This document shows, piece after piece, positions 21,064 through 32,200 of a DNA stretch of 64,000 nucleotides. A model generated the notes under the pieces. The model was not told the origin of the DNA, made no database searches, and saw only the letters and a list, made by a program, of their open reading frames with translations. The DNA is from an uncultured Rickettsiales bacterium (GTDB lineage: Bacteria > Pseudomonadota > Alphaproteobacteria > Rickettsiales > SXRF01), in contig CAZFKP010000008.1 in the NCBI GenBank assembly GCA_964518725.1, forward strand, positions 8,197 through 72,196. The letters are read 5' to 3'. Every line of letters begins with the position of its first letter. Position 1 is the stretch's first letter. Both the position numbers and the translations under genes were made by a program.

Positions 21064-21137
21064 GTCATCGCGAGCAAAGCGCAGCGATCCATCTTTCTTA
21101 AGCTGGATTGCCGCGTTGCTGCGCTCCTCACAATGAC
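21064..21137. repeat. Palindromic intergenic element, family GTCATCGCGAG...GCGATCCAT...ATGGATTGCCGC...CTC(A)CAATGAC
   Basis: Nested inverted arms are visible in the sequence, and a second copy lies at 52399..52495. Confidence 0.7.
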
Positions 21138-21339
21138 ATCACTTATACTCCTGAGCGCCTGCGCTCATAAGGCGGATTTGAGATCCCCATCCCAGATCGC
21201 TAAGGAAGACGCGCAGGCAAAAGAGAAAGCCGCACGCGATGCCCAGCGCACCGAACGCCGCGCCAAGAAAGATGCCGAACGCGCCGCCGAGCTGGAAAAG
21301 CACTCGGTTGAGGTGAGTGTGCCGGAAGGAACAAAATAA
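21133..21339 (+). CDS. Small lipoprotein (hypothetical)
   Basis: MTSLILLSAC lipobox followed by a charged Lys/Glu/Ala-rich tail. The ORF-track start at 21058 would translate the palindromic repeat. The gene lies between argH and lysA. Confidence 0.55.
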   Translation: MTSLILLSACAHKADLRSPSQIAKEDAQAKEKAARDAQRTERRAKKDAERAAELEKHSVEVSVPEGTK

Positions 21340-22589
21340 TGGATCATTTTGAGTATCAATCCGGCACCTATCATGCCGAAAATGTTGCGCTGGAGTCGCT
21401 CGCAACAAGCGTCGGCACGCCGTTTTACTGCTATTCCACCGCCACCCTCACCCGTCATTACCAGGTATTTTCCGGACATTTTCCCGGCGCGAAAATCTGT
21501 TTCGCGGTGAAGGCGAATGGCAACATCGCCGTGCTCGCAACGCTCGCTAAACTCGGCTGCGGCGCCGATGTGGTGTCCGAGGGTGAAATACGCCTTGCGC
21601 TCGCTGCGGGCATCGCGCCATCCGACATCGTCTTTTCCGGTGTCGGAAAGACAGCCGATGAAATGACATTCGCGCTGGAAAAAAATATTTTCCAGTTCAA
21701 CATCGAATCCGAACCGGAACTTGAACTGCTGAACCGCGTTGCCATGGCACTCGGAAAACAAGCGCCCATCGCCGTGCGTGTCAACCCGGACGTCGATCCC
21801 AAAACCCATGCCAAAATATCCACCGGCCAGAAAGCCAGCAAGTTCGGCGTCGCCATGTCGCAAGCGCTCGATGTTTACAAAAAAGCCGCGGCGATGAGCG
21901 GCATCCGCGTGCAGTCCGTGTCGGTGCATATCGGCTCGCAGCTCACGCATCTGGAGCCGTTCCGGCAGGCCTTCGCCCGCGTGCGGGCGTTTGTCGAAGA
22001 ACTGCGGAGCAACGGAATCAGCATTTCCCATGTTGACCTCGGCGGCGGCCTCGGTATTCCCTACGGCAAAGAGGCGCCGCCCCTGCCCGATGCCTATGCC
22101 GACATTGTGAACGCGGAAATGCAAGGGCTTGGCTGCTCGCTGATATTCGAGCCGGGGCGTGTGCTGGTCGGCAATGCCGGCGTGCTCGTCACCAAGGTGC
22201 TCTACGTCAAACGCAGCGAAGGAAAGACATTCGTCATTGTCGATGCGGCAATGAATGATTTAATCCGCCCGACACTCTACGAAGCCTTCCACGAAATCGT
22301 GCCGGTGACGCCGCGCCCCGAAGCAGCAACCGAGCTGGTGGACGTGGTGGGACCAGTCTGTGAAACCGGCGACATCTTCGCCGAAGACCGGCTGATGAAG
22401 GTTCCAACCCCGGGCGATCTGTTGGTACTGCGTTCGGCGGGAGCTTACGGCGCAGTCATGGCCGGCACCTACAACGCCCGGCTGCTGGTGCCGGAAGTGC
22501 TGGTCAACGGCAGCCAGTACGCCGTGGTGCGCCCACGTCCAACGTACGATGCAATGCTCGCGCAGGGCACCTTGCCGGCCTGGCTTTAG
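21339..22589 (+). CDS. lysA: Diaminopimelate decarboxylase
   Basis: 416 aa. FAVKANGNIAVL (PLP Lys), GGGLGIPY and GPVCETGD are typical LysA motifs. Confidence 0.95.
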   Translation: MDHFEYQSGTYHAENVALESLATSVGTPFYCYSTATLTRHYQVFSGHFPGAKICFAVKANGNIAVLATLAKLGCGADVVSEGEIRLALAAGIAPSDIVFSGVGKTADEMTFALEKNIFQFNIESEPELELLNRVAMALGKQAPIAVRVNPDVDPKTHAKISTGQKASKFGVAMSQALDVYKKAAAMSGIRVQSVSVHIGSQLTHLEPFRQAFARVRAFVEELRSNGISISHVDLGGGLGIPYGKEAPPLPDAYADIVNAEMQGLGCSLIFEPGRVLVGNAGVLVTKVLYVKRSEGKTFVIVDAAMNDLIRPTLYEAFHEIVPVTPRPEAATELVDVVGPVCETGDIFAEDRLMKVPTPGDLLVLRSAGAYGAVMAGTYNARLLVPEVLVNGSQYAVVRPRPTYDAMLAQGTLPAWL

Positions 22590-23305
22590 AAAACCGATTT
22601 AATAAAAAACTTGAACATGCCATTGGGTGCTTCAGGCGTGAGGCCTACGAGATACCCTGTTTCAAGCGACACACTCTCAGTGATGTCGAACGAAACAACT
22701 GACCCCATCTGATGGCTTTGCGATGAAAGGCCGCGCTGCCGGTTCAACCGCCCGAGATCGCCATGCCATTCCGCGCCAAGCTCAATTCCGGGATAGATGC
22801 GCCCCGTGGTCTTCCATGCCAAATTGACGGCTACACTCGACTGCCGCGACGCCCCAATGTCACGATCGAGCGAAGCATTCGCGGTATGCTGTAAACCTTT
22901 ATATTCAAATCTTCCAAGCCATTGCACATCAAACACATCGGCATCACCCGGGTTATCTGCTCTGACATAGACAAGTTTCATCGCACCATCGAAACCGTCG
23001 TCATCTGCCTCAAAGAACTGGAGCCGATGCTCCCATTCCGTAAAGGTAAAGTCGTTCTTTTCTCCATCAGGCTTTACCCAGCGCCCAACAATACGCACCG
23101 CATACCAATCATTAATCCCATACTCAATCAGGTGTTGCTGCCGTATACGCTGGTTGATGGCCGCCGCACCATCATGTTCGATACTGAAGCGCGCTTCCGC
23201 ACGCCACTCGTCGGCATTAACGGCAGGAGAAGAGACATTCTTGGTCGCATGGGCGTTGCATGAAACAAAACCCAGCAGAAAAGACAGCAGAATACGTTTG
23301 AACAT
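22586..23305 (-). CDS. Putative outer-membrane beta-barrel protein (hypothetical)
   Basis: 239 aa with signal peptide MFKRILLSFLLGFVSCNAHA, an alternating amphipathic pattern and a C-terminal aromatic residue (..KSVF). Confidence 0.5.
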   Translation of the reverse strand: MFKRILLSFLLGFVSCNAHATKNVSSPAVNADEWRAEARFSIEHDGAAAINQRIRQQHLIEYGINDWYAVRIVGRWVKPDGEKNDFTFTEWEHRLQFFEADDDGFDGAMKLVYVRADNPGDADVFDVQWLGRFEYKGLQHTANASLDRDIGASRQSSVAVNLAWKTTGRIYPGIELGAEWHGDLGRLNRQRGLSSQSHQMGSVVSFDITESVSLETGYLVGLTPEAPNGMFKFFIKSVF

Positions 23306-23455
23306 GGGTGTAATCTAGTGCCATGCATGGTGGTTTCAATCCCCCCATGAATTATGACAGCTCCGTGACAACATGCCGCGCCGCAACATAGACTCAGAGC
23401 TGGTTTCATAGACATTCCGCTTGCGGAACGATTGCAGACATGGTACGATGAAGAC

Positions 23456-23830
23456 ATGCCAAGGATTGTTGTAACAGTAGTGTTGCTGCTGATTTCAGGC
23501 CTTGCTAACGACGCAGCAGCACAGGACGGCCTGAAGGATCCTTCCGGAACGAAGAAGGCAGAGAAGGTCAACGCATACCTTGATTCCATCGGCATCAACC
23601 ACCCGCGCATCCAGGCATTCACCAGCAGCGTCAGCCAGCGTATGGAAGGGCGATATCTGCGCCTGGGTGAAGAACGGTTCGAGCAAGGCCGCATCGTGCT
23701 GCACTACAAGATGGAGCCGAAAATCAGCACCCGCCAGCTGGAGCTGAAATTCCAGCCCGCCGGCACCCCCAATACCGAGATGATCGCCACCCGGCGCAGC
23801 ATCATGGTACAGTATAAATACAGCTTCTAA
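23456..23830 (+). CDS. Hypothetical secreted protein
   Basis: MPRIVVTVVLLLISGLANDAAAQ is signal-like. The ORF track starts at 23432. No family was recognised. Confidence 0.4.
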   Translation: MPRIVVTVVLLLISGLANDAAAQDGLKDPSGTKKAEKVNAYLDSIGINHPRIQAFTSSVSQRMEGRYLRLGEERFEQGRIVLHYKMEPKISTRQLELKFQPAGTPNTEMIATRRSIMVQYKYSF

Positions 23831-24651
23831 TAAAACCCGCCAGTTACATAGGTAGGCCGCAGGCCAAGCTGCATGCACATTTCCTGCACCTCGCGTTCCT
23901 GCTTGTGTTTCAGGATGCCGCCAGTCACGAGCAAGGTGTCGATGCCGTAATTCTGCCCACCGGGGATGTCGGTTTCCAGACTATCCCCCACCGCGAGGAT
24001 GCGGCTCTTCGCAACCTCCTGCCCGCGCAGGCAGAAATCATAAATCTCGCTATAGGGCTTGCCGAACCAGGTCACCGCCCCGCCCATCTGTTCATAATGC
24101 CGCCCGATAATCCCGGCGCAAGGGTGCCGCTCGCCGGTGATTTTCACTACTTCAAGGTCGGGGTTCAGGCACAGCATCGGAAGGCCGATACTGCGCGCCG
24201 CCCGCAGCAGCATCGAAAAATCCTCGGTCGTTTGCTCTTCGCTGCCAAAACCAACATTGAGCACGAAATCCGCCTGCTTCACATCGTCCACCCGCGCAAA
24301 ATCCAGCCCGTCGAGCACATCGGCATCCTTGCCGGGGCCGATATAGTAATAGCGCTTGCCCCACGGCGCCTTGCCTGCCGCCAGCCATTGATAGCCAACT
24401 TCGCCGGACGATACGGCATCGACATAATCCCCTTCGGCAATGCCAAAACCGGACAGCACCGCCTTTACCCGGTGGGCGCGGCGCGGCGCGTTGGAAATGA
24501 AAATGATTGTTTTGCCTGCTTCTTTCAGTGCCATGAGCGCCTCTCCCACACCGGGGTAAAGATGGCTGCCATCATGGATCACGCCCCAAAGATCAAGCAG
24601 GAAGAGGTCATAGTTTGGAATCAGGGAATCGATGTTTTGAATGGATTGCAT
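23827..24651 (-). CDS. HAD-superfamily hydrolase (subfamily IIA-like)
   Basis: 274 aa with the FLLDLWGVIHDG (DxDx-type motif I variant), ISNAPR and GDSLETDI motifs. Confidence 0.8.
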   Translation of the reverse strand: MQSIQNIDSLIPNYDLFLLDLWGVIHDGSHLYPGVGEALMALKEAGKTIIFISNAPRRAHRVKAVLSGFGIAEGDYVDAVSSGEVGYQWLAAGKAPWGKRYYYIGPGKDADVLDGLDFARVDDVKQADFVLNVGFGSEEQTTEDFSMLLRAARSIGLPMLCLNPDLEVVKITGERHPCAGIIGRHYEQMGGAVTWFGKPYSEIYDFCLRGQEVAKSRILAVGDSLETDIPGGQNYGIDTLLVTGGILKHKQEREVQEMCMQLGLRPTYVTGGFY

Positions 24652-24654
24652 GGA

Positions 24655-26226
24655 TCAGGCTGCCAGATCCTCTTTGGCCAACACGCGCTTGATGAGTCTG
24701 ATCGTCCCCTCGCGGCCATAGAGCTTCACGAAGCTGCCCATGCGCGGCCCCTGCGGCTGGCCGAGCAGCGTTTCGTACAGGGTGGAAAACCACGCCTTCA
24801 GGTTTTCGCCGAAATGCTTTTTGCCGATTTCGTAAATCTGGGTCTGCATCTCTTCAGCGGTGGCCGCATCGGTGATGCCATTCAGGTAATCGGCCATGTC
24901 GGAAAGCGCTTGCGCCTCGACATCGTTCGGCAACCGGAACTTGCGGGTAGGTTTCACGAAATCGACATAATAATTGATCGCGCCGTGCACCAACTTATCA
25001 AGGAACGGATGGGTGGCAGGCGTCGCGCCCAGCAGGTAACTGCCGATGAATTTCCACAGCAGCGCCGCATCTTCTGCGCCCGATACGCTCACGAGGTTCA
25101 GCAGCAGGTTGAAACTGGGGGCGCCGGTTGGCGCGGGCGGTTTGCCGCCGTGAATGTGCCACGCCGGGTTGATGAGGCGCGCATCGCCTTCTTCTTTCGC
25201 GAATTTCTCAATATAGGTCTGGTAGTCATCGACCGCGCGCGGGATGACGTCGAAATACAGCTTCTTCGCTTTGCGTGGCGACTGGAACATATAGAGCGCG
25301 AGGCTTTCCGGCGGCGCATAACGCAGCCATTCATCGATGGTGAGCCCATTGCCTTTCGATTTGGAAATCTTCTGCCCCTTATCGTCGAGGAACAGCTCGA
25401 ACATGAATTGCTGCGGCGGCAACCCACCGGCAATCGTACAAATAGCGCTATAGAGTTCGGCAGACACCAGGTGATCCTTGCCGTACATTTCGTAATCGAC
25501 GCCCAGCGCCGCCCAGCGCATCCCCATGTCGGGCTTCCATTGCAGCTTGCAATGGCCGCCGGTCACCGGCACTTCCAGCTCCGAACCATCTTCTTCGATG
25601 TAGGTGATGGTGCCCTTGGCGACATCGGTATTCACCACCTTGGCGAGCAGCACCTTGCCGGAAACGGGCGACACCGGCAGGAACGGGCTATAGGTCTCGC
25701 GGCGCTCCTCGCCGAGCGTCGGAAGCATGACTTCCATCACCTTGTCGTAATTGGCGAGAATCCGAAGCAACGCCGCGTCGAATTCACCGGCCTTATAGGT
25801 GGCGGTCGAGCTTTTGAACTCGTAATCAAAGCCGAAATGGTCGAGAAAAGCGCACAGACGCGCATTCATATGATGACCGAAGCTCTCATGCGTACCAAAT
25901 GGGTCGGGGATGGAGGTGAGCGGCTTGCCAATATTCGCCGCGATCATCTCCTTGTTCGGCAAGTTATCCGGCACTTTGCGGAGGCCGTCCATATCATCGG
26001 AAAAGCAGATGAGCCTGGTCGGAATATCGCTGATATGCTCGAATGCACGCCGCACCATGGTCGTGCGCGCCACCTCGCCGAACGTGCCGATATGCGGCAG
26101 CCCAGAAGGCCCATAGCCGGTTTCAAACAGCACATAGCCCTTCTCCGGCGGCGCGTTTTTATAGCGCTCCACGAGGGCGGCGGCTTCCTGGAACGGCCAG
26201 GCGTTCAGATTGGCATAATCGGTCAT
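24655..26226 (-). CDS. lysK: Lysine--tRNA ligase, class I
   Basis: 523 aa. [19 protein letters not shown] (HIGH-like) and KISKSKGNG (KMSKS) are class I LysRS hallmarks. Confidence 0.9.
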   Translation of the reverse strand: MTDYANLNAWPFQEAAALVERYKNAPPEKGYVLFETGYGPSGLPHIGTFGEVARTTMVRRAFEHISDIPTRLICFSDDMDGLRKVPDNLPNKEMIAANIGKPLTSIPDPFGTHESFGHHMNARLCAFLDHFGFDYEFKSSTATYKAGEFDAALLRILANYDKVMEVMLPTLGEERRETYSPFLPVSPVSGKVLLAKVVNTDVAKGTITYIEEDGSELEVPVTGGHCKLQWKPDMGMRWAALGVDYEMYGKDHLVSAELYSAICTIAGGLPPQQFMFELFLDDKGQKISKSKGNGLTIDEWLRYAPPESLALYMFQSPRKAKKLYFDVIPRAVDDYQTYIEKFAKEEGDARLINPAWHIHGGKPPAPTGAPSFNLLLNLVSVSGAEDAALLWKFIGSYLLGATPATHPFLDKLVHGAINYYVDFVKPTRKFRLPNDVEAQALSDMADYLNGITDAATAEEMQTQIYEIGKKHFGENLKAWFSTLYETLLGQPQGPRMGSFVKLYGREGTIRLIKRVLAKEDLAA

Positions 26227-29200
26227 TTTTTCTTCTTACTGCGGTCAAAGAATCCTGCAAGCGACATGCGAAGGTTATCGCCCGCCGCCTCATTCACCCT
26301 CGTTACCATGTGATAGGCATCGTTGGCAATGAATACAATGCGGTTAGCTTTCGGGAAAATGCAGCGCGCCATGCCATGTTCGAGCAGCATCTCCTCCGTA
26401 GTGTTCTGCTGCAGCCATTTTCCCTTGTGGAAATCATGCTGGTTAACCGTGCGACGATGGGCGTGGATGGCATCGTTGACGCTTTCATCCATCAGAAGCA
26501 GCATCCCGCCCCAATGCGACCGCCAGGTTTTGTTCATGAAGAACGCGTAGGCGCCGGTATAGACCCCGGAGCCGTCATCATGCATCGCAAGCCCGGTGCC
26601 GGGCGGATAGAGCCACGACGTTACCGAGAAATGCGACCACCCTTCGACCGACTTGCTCGTATCCGTCGGCTTGCCGGTATAATATTCCACCTGCGGCTGG
26701 AATTCGCGCATATATTCGATAAACGCATCGAAGGCGGTTTCCGTCGGGTAGACGTAGGTGGGCTTGGGCATCGGGATGAGCGTCTTGTCCGGGTAATAGA
26801 ACGCGTTGAGCAGGCTGCGTAGCGGGAAGCCGTCATGCACATGCCAGGCGCGGGAAATCTTCCCCTTGGTGTTGATGTGCTCATAGTCGGTGGCGACGCA
26901 GAAATGGCGAAGATTATCGTATAAATCCTGCGGCAGGAAATTATCGAACACCACCCCGGCACGAGACTCGAATATTTTAACCGGCTTGTGCTGCGCCTTG
27001 CCAATCCCGATGATCGGAGCCTTCACAAACTGGGTGGCAACCGGCACGGCCATCGCCGGGGCGGCTACCGGAGCGGCGGGCGCTTGCGACGGCTGCTTCG
27101 CCTGCTCTTTCCAGCGGCGATAAAAATCGCGACTGCGTTCTGCCCCGGTGATAAGGTCGACATTCGGAACAAAGGCTTCTGCCAGAAGCGGCTGGTTCTT
27201 CGCCTTGGCCATATGCTGACGGAACGCTTCTTCTTCCTCGCCGTGGAAAAACCCGACCAGCACAAACCGCTCGCCCTTGGTCACCTTCATTGCCTCGTGC
27301 GCCAGGGTGCAGGGAAACGCAACGGCACCGCCCTTGCCCGGACGGTAGGTGCGGTGCAAATCATATTCCGGGAAACGAAGGCCGCCGCCCTTGTAATCGT
27401 CGGAAAGGTTGAGCGTCACGGCCACGCGGCGGTAACCCACCCCCTCCTCATAATTGTCACGGTGCTTGGCAAAAAACCCGCCGTCGTCACCGGAGTACAG
27501 GCCGATTTTATAATTCTCCCGCCCGGTCACCTTAAACCCGAAAATCTTTTCGATTTCGGGGAACAGGCTGTGCGACAGTTTCAGGTCGAGCTTGGCACGC
27601 AGCTCATCCGGCACGATAAAATCCGTCCGCTCCTTGGCAGTGGCGACATAGCCTTTGCCAACCACCTCGCCTTTGATTTTCTCACCTTTGCGGAAGGCGT
27701 CGATCAGCTCGTCGCACAGCTCCGGCGGGAAAATTTCCGGCAACATCAGAACCGGCGCCGCTTCCGCCACCACCTCCGCCTTTGTCTTGGCAGGCATAGA
27801 ATCCAGATACTCTTTCAGGAAGCCGACCATTTCCGTTGGCAGGTCGGGTTTGGGTGCGGCGCTGCTTTTGTTTTTGATCTGCAACTTGTGATCGAGCAGG
27901 AACGCGCACGGTGCCGAGGTGATGCCCAGCGACATACCGACCATGATGCCAGTATCGGCCAGCAGCGGGTAGGCAATCTTGTTTTTTTCTTGGTACGCCG
28001 TCAGGGTGGCGATATCGGCATCGAACATGAAAAACAGCGTGGCATCGGGTTTACCCGCCTGTTTCAGGGCAACATCCAGCTTCTTGAAAAACTCCACGTT
28101 CGCCACCTCATCGGCATAGCGCAGCAGGAACAGCAGCGCCGGCCTGCCGGCATTGCTTTCGAGGGCGCGCTTCTTGCCGGTCGTTTCCGGCAACACGAAA
28201 TGCGGCAGAATGTCGCCAATGCCGTAGCTCTGCTTCGCCTTGGTCGCCACGGCCGGTTGCTCGCCGGGAAGCGGGATTGGGCGCTTGCGGTACTTGATCA
28301 GGTTGGTGACGAAGCCTGCCTGGATGGCTTTCGGGTGCACGATCTTATTTTTGAAATCGATCCCGGAATGCTCTTCATATTGCTCAATCGTCCGCACGTT
28401 GCCGAGGCCGTATTTCTCAATATCGACCAGCAGGCGCGGATCATCGCTCAGCTTGTGGCGTGTCAGGTGGTTAAGCCGGGTGATGCCGCGGTTTGAGAAA
28501 AACTGATAGCGTTTTTCATCCGACGCGGCCTTGAGGTCACCCCAGTGCATGGGGCGGCCGCTCACCTGCCCGACATTGTAATAGTGGAAAATACGGATCT
28601 GGCGGGTGCTGAATAAATCCCAGCCATGGGTATAGAGCCGCGCTGCGTAAACAATCTCCTCCTGGTCGAAATAAAGGTATGGGTCATACGGCACTTCCTT
28701 CAGCACCTCGGAGCGCGAAAACACGAACCCGGCCGCGATGAAGGCGCCGGGAAGCGGCACCTCCGGCTCGATCTCCAGCAGTTCGCCGCGCCCGCGCACG
28801 TTGCCTTGCGGACTGAACGGCTTGTTGATGCAATGCACGTTCGGGCGCGGGTTGACTTCCAGATTGTGCGGCGGCGTATATTTCGCCGGGCTGCACGAAA
28901 TGATCGGCTTCTTCGACGGGCAAGCTGCCAGCTCATCAATCAGCCATTCATCCCAGCCCGGTGCAAACCGCATATGGGAGTCGATCTGCAGGGTATATTC
29001 CTCGCCTTCGTAGAGCATCTCGGTTTGCGCGCGCGCCCAGCACACGCCTTCCGCCTCGCGCCAATCGACCGGGTAAACCCGCACCTGATCTGGCCGGGTG
29101 GTCACGGTGAAGCAATGCTCGTCTTCCTTTTCGTCAAACTGCCAGCAAATGCCGACAAAAATACGGTCGGGATAAGTGGCTTTCTCAAACAGATCCTTGA

Positions 29201-32200
29201 CCGTCCACTGGCACTCGGAATCCCGGTAGCTCGCAATGCGAACAAAAATACGTGGTCTGTAATCCATACTGAATAGTCCTTTTTTTGCGTGTTCACTGAT
29301 CGTCTGCATGGCAAAATTTACCCCGCAGAACGCTTGGTATTCACCAAATGAGCGGGCATTGCCAAACCCATAATCCTCAATCTCAACCAACGAGCGCGGA
29401 TCAACCGTTCTTTCCACACCCATCAGGTGGGCACAGCGGCGGCGGGTAATCCAGTCGCGGTCGTCGCCGTGATCCTGCCAATGCATGCGCCGTTTCTTGC
29501 GCTCCCAGAAGTGGTAGAGCACGTTGCGGTGCGGCGAGAAAATATCCCAGCCATGCGTCCACACCCGCGCCGCATAGGTGACATCGTCGCCGAAGAAATA
29601 AATATTGGGGTCGATCGGCACTTCGTCGAACAGCGTGCTGCGCGCAAAAATAAAATTGTTCGAGATGGTGGCGGCCAAAAACGGCACATCGGGTGCCGTG
29701 TCATGGTTAATGCGGATCGGGTTATAGCGCAGTGTCGGCGGATATTCGCCCTTGGAGTCGTTCTTGAATTCCCTAAATCCCATGCGGATGCAATAGCCGG
29801 TCAGCAATTCATTCGGCGGCGTGTAGCTTGCCGGATACGACGAAAGGATCGGTTTTTTGGAATCGCACGCGGCCAGCATCGCCAGCAACGTTTCATCCCA
29901 TCCCGGCTCGAAGCGCATATGCGCGTCGATGGCCAGCGTATATTCCTCGCCTTGGCGCAATGCCACCGCCTGTTTCCTCGCCCAGCTTGCACCCAGCGAA
30001 TCACGGTAATGGAAGTTGATGACCCGCACCTGCTTCGGATACGGGTACGGCACTGCAAAACAATCGGCGTCTTCTTTCTCGTCGAACTGCCAGCAGATGC
30101 CGACTGAAATACGGTCGGGATGCGTCGCCTTATCGAATAAATCTTTCACCGTATGCTGGCATTCGCGGTCGCGGTAACTGGCGATCTGCACAAAAATGCG
30201 TGGCTGGAATAACCCTTGCAGCGCTTTCTCGGAAATATGCTTGCGGGCGAAATCCACCCCGGCATATTTCTCATAATCACTCAGGCTGCGCTCTTTGCCC
30301 AACCCGTACTTATCGAGATCGACCAAGATATCCGGATCGGTGCTGATTTCCGTGCCCATGATGTGCCGCACGCGTGCAAGCGACCGCAGGTTCAGGTTCC
30401 ACCATGTTTTTTCATGATCCTGGAAGTGGGTTGGGCGCTTGCTGCGATCCCAGTCATGGTACACAACAATCGTATTCGGGTGATAAATGTCATACCCTTT
30501 CGTCCACAGCCGTGCCGCCAGCGTAATTTCCTCGCCGAAGAAATAGAGGTTGGGATCATAGGGCACATCCTCGATGATCGACGATGGGCCAAACAGCATG
30601 CAGGCACTGGCAAACGCCCCGACCATCGGCAGTGGCGGCGGCGGATTCTCGATACGGTAGGCCGGCGCGCCCTTCATTTTGAAAATGCCGCGCTCGTCAA
30701 ATTCCTTGGCCGACATGCCGAAAAAATATTTTCTTCCAATATTATTGGGCGGCGTGTAACCAGGCGGATAGCAAGTAAGCACCGATTTTTCCTTGCCGCA
30801 CTGCCGGTACATGTCGAGCAGCATCTCGTCCCAGCCCGGCTCAAACCGCATGTGGCTGTCGACTTGAAGCGTGAACTCCTCGCCCTGCCACAGACCTTGC
30901 GTCAGCATCCGCGCCCAGCACACGCCCTTGCCTTTGCGGGCATCTACCTCATGCACCCGCACCTGGTCGGGATACGGGTACGGCACCTCAAAGCAGATCG
31001 CATCCTCTTCCTTGACATATTGCCAGCAGATGCCGACAGAAATGCGCTCTGGATGGGTGGCCTTATCAAACAAATCCTTCACCGTGTGCTGGCACTCGGG
31101 GTCGCGGTAGCTGGCGATCTGCACGAAAATACGTGGCCGTCCGTTAGGTGCTTTCTTTTTCGTTGCCATAAATTTTTCGTTCCAGAGTCCTTGCGCTGCG
31201 GCGTCGGAAATTTCCTTAGTGTCCGGGTTCACTCCTGCAAATTGCCAGAAATCATCAACCTTACGTTTATCACCTAACCCATATTGATCCAACTCGACAA
31301 GCGCTTTCTGGTCACGGGCGGCTTCCAGCCCGATCAGGTGACGCACACGCTGGCGGGTGCGCTGCGAATCCTCGCTGCTGCGCTTGCGGTAGGGTTGCTT
31401 GCTCACTTCCTGCTCGCGGTTCCACCAATGGTACAGCGTCATGCAGTCGGGCTGATAGACATCAATCCCATGCGTCCACAGACGCATGGCAAGGCTGATC
31501 TCGTCGCCGTAAAAATAAATATGCGGGTCGATCGGCACGCGCTTCCATACCTCCGCCGCCGCAAACATGAAATTCGCCACCACGAACGGGGATTGGTAGA
31601 GCCGCGCCTGCGGTTCGGACTTGTCGATATATTCGCCGGTCAGGTGGATGAGTTGCGGATCGCTGTCATTGCCGAAGGATTTTGCGCGCACACGGGTCGG
31701 ATGATACGGAACATAGTCGCGCTTGTCCGGCGGCGTATAACCCGGCAGGTAGGTGGAAATCACCACATCCTTACTGGGGCAGCGCTCCACCATCTCGACC
31801 AGCGTGGCATCCCATCCCTGCTGGAACCGCATATGGCTGTCGATGATGAGGACGAAATCCTCGCCGCGCATGAGCTGCATCGCCCGCGCCCGCGCCCAGT
31901 TAGCGCCACGGCTGTCGCGGTAATCGACGAGGTCAATTTTCACCTGTTCCGGCCGCTCGGGCGTGAACCGGCAATCCTCATCTTCGTTGAAATTCAGCTG
32001 ATGGCAAACGCCGGCGTAAATCCGATCCGGGTGTACGGCCTTGGCAAACATATCGCTGATCGTGTGCTTGGTTTCCGGGTCACGGAAGCTGGCGATGGCG
32101 ACAAAAATGCGTTTTTTCGCGCGCGCCGTGTCGGCGGCATCCCGTGCCTCGTCACGCACGCCGAACTGGCCGATGCGCGCATGCATCGCCACATTCCCCC

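Noticed and set aside
21058-21132. N-terminal 25 codons of the ORF-track gene 21058..21339
   Set aside because: This part is the translation of the palindromic repeat element. A proper lipoprotein signal (MTSLILLSAC) starts at the in-frame ATG 21133.
23905-26313. 802-aa plus-strand ORF, one of the longest in the track
   Set aside because: It lies antisense to the clearly recognisable HAD hydrolase and class I LysRS genes. Its translation is low-complexity and R/G/A/H-rich with no motifs, which marks a typical high-GC shadow ORF.
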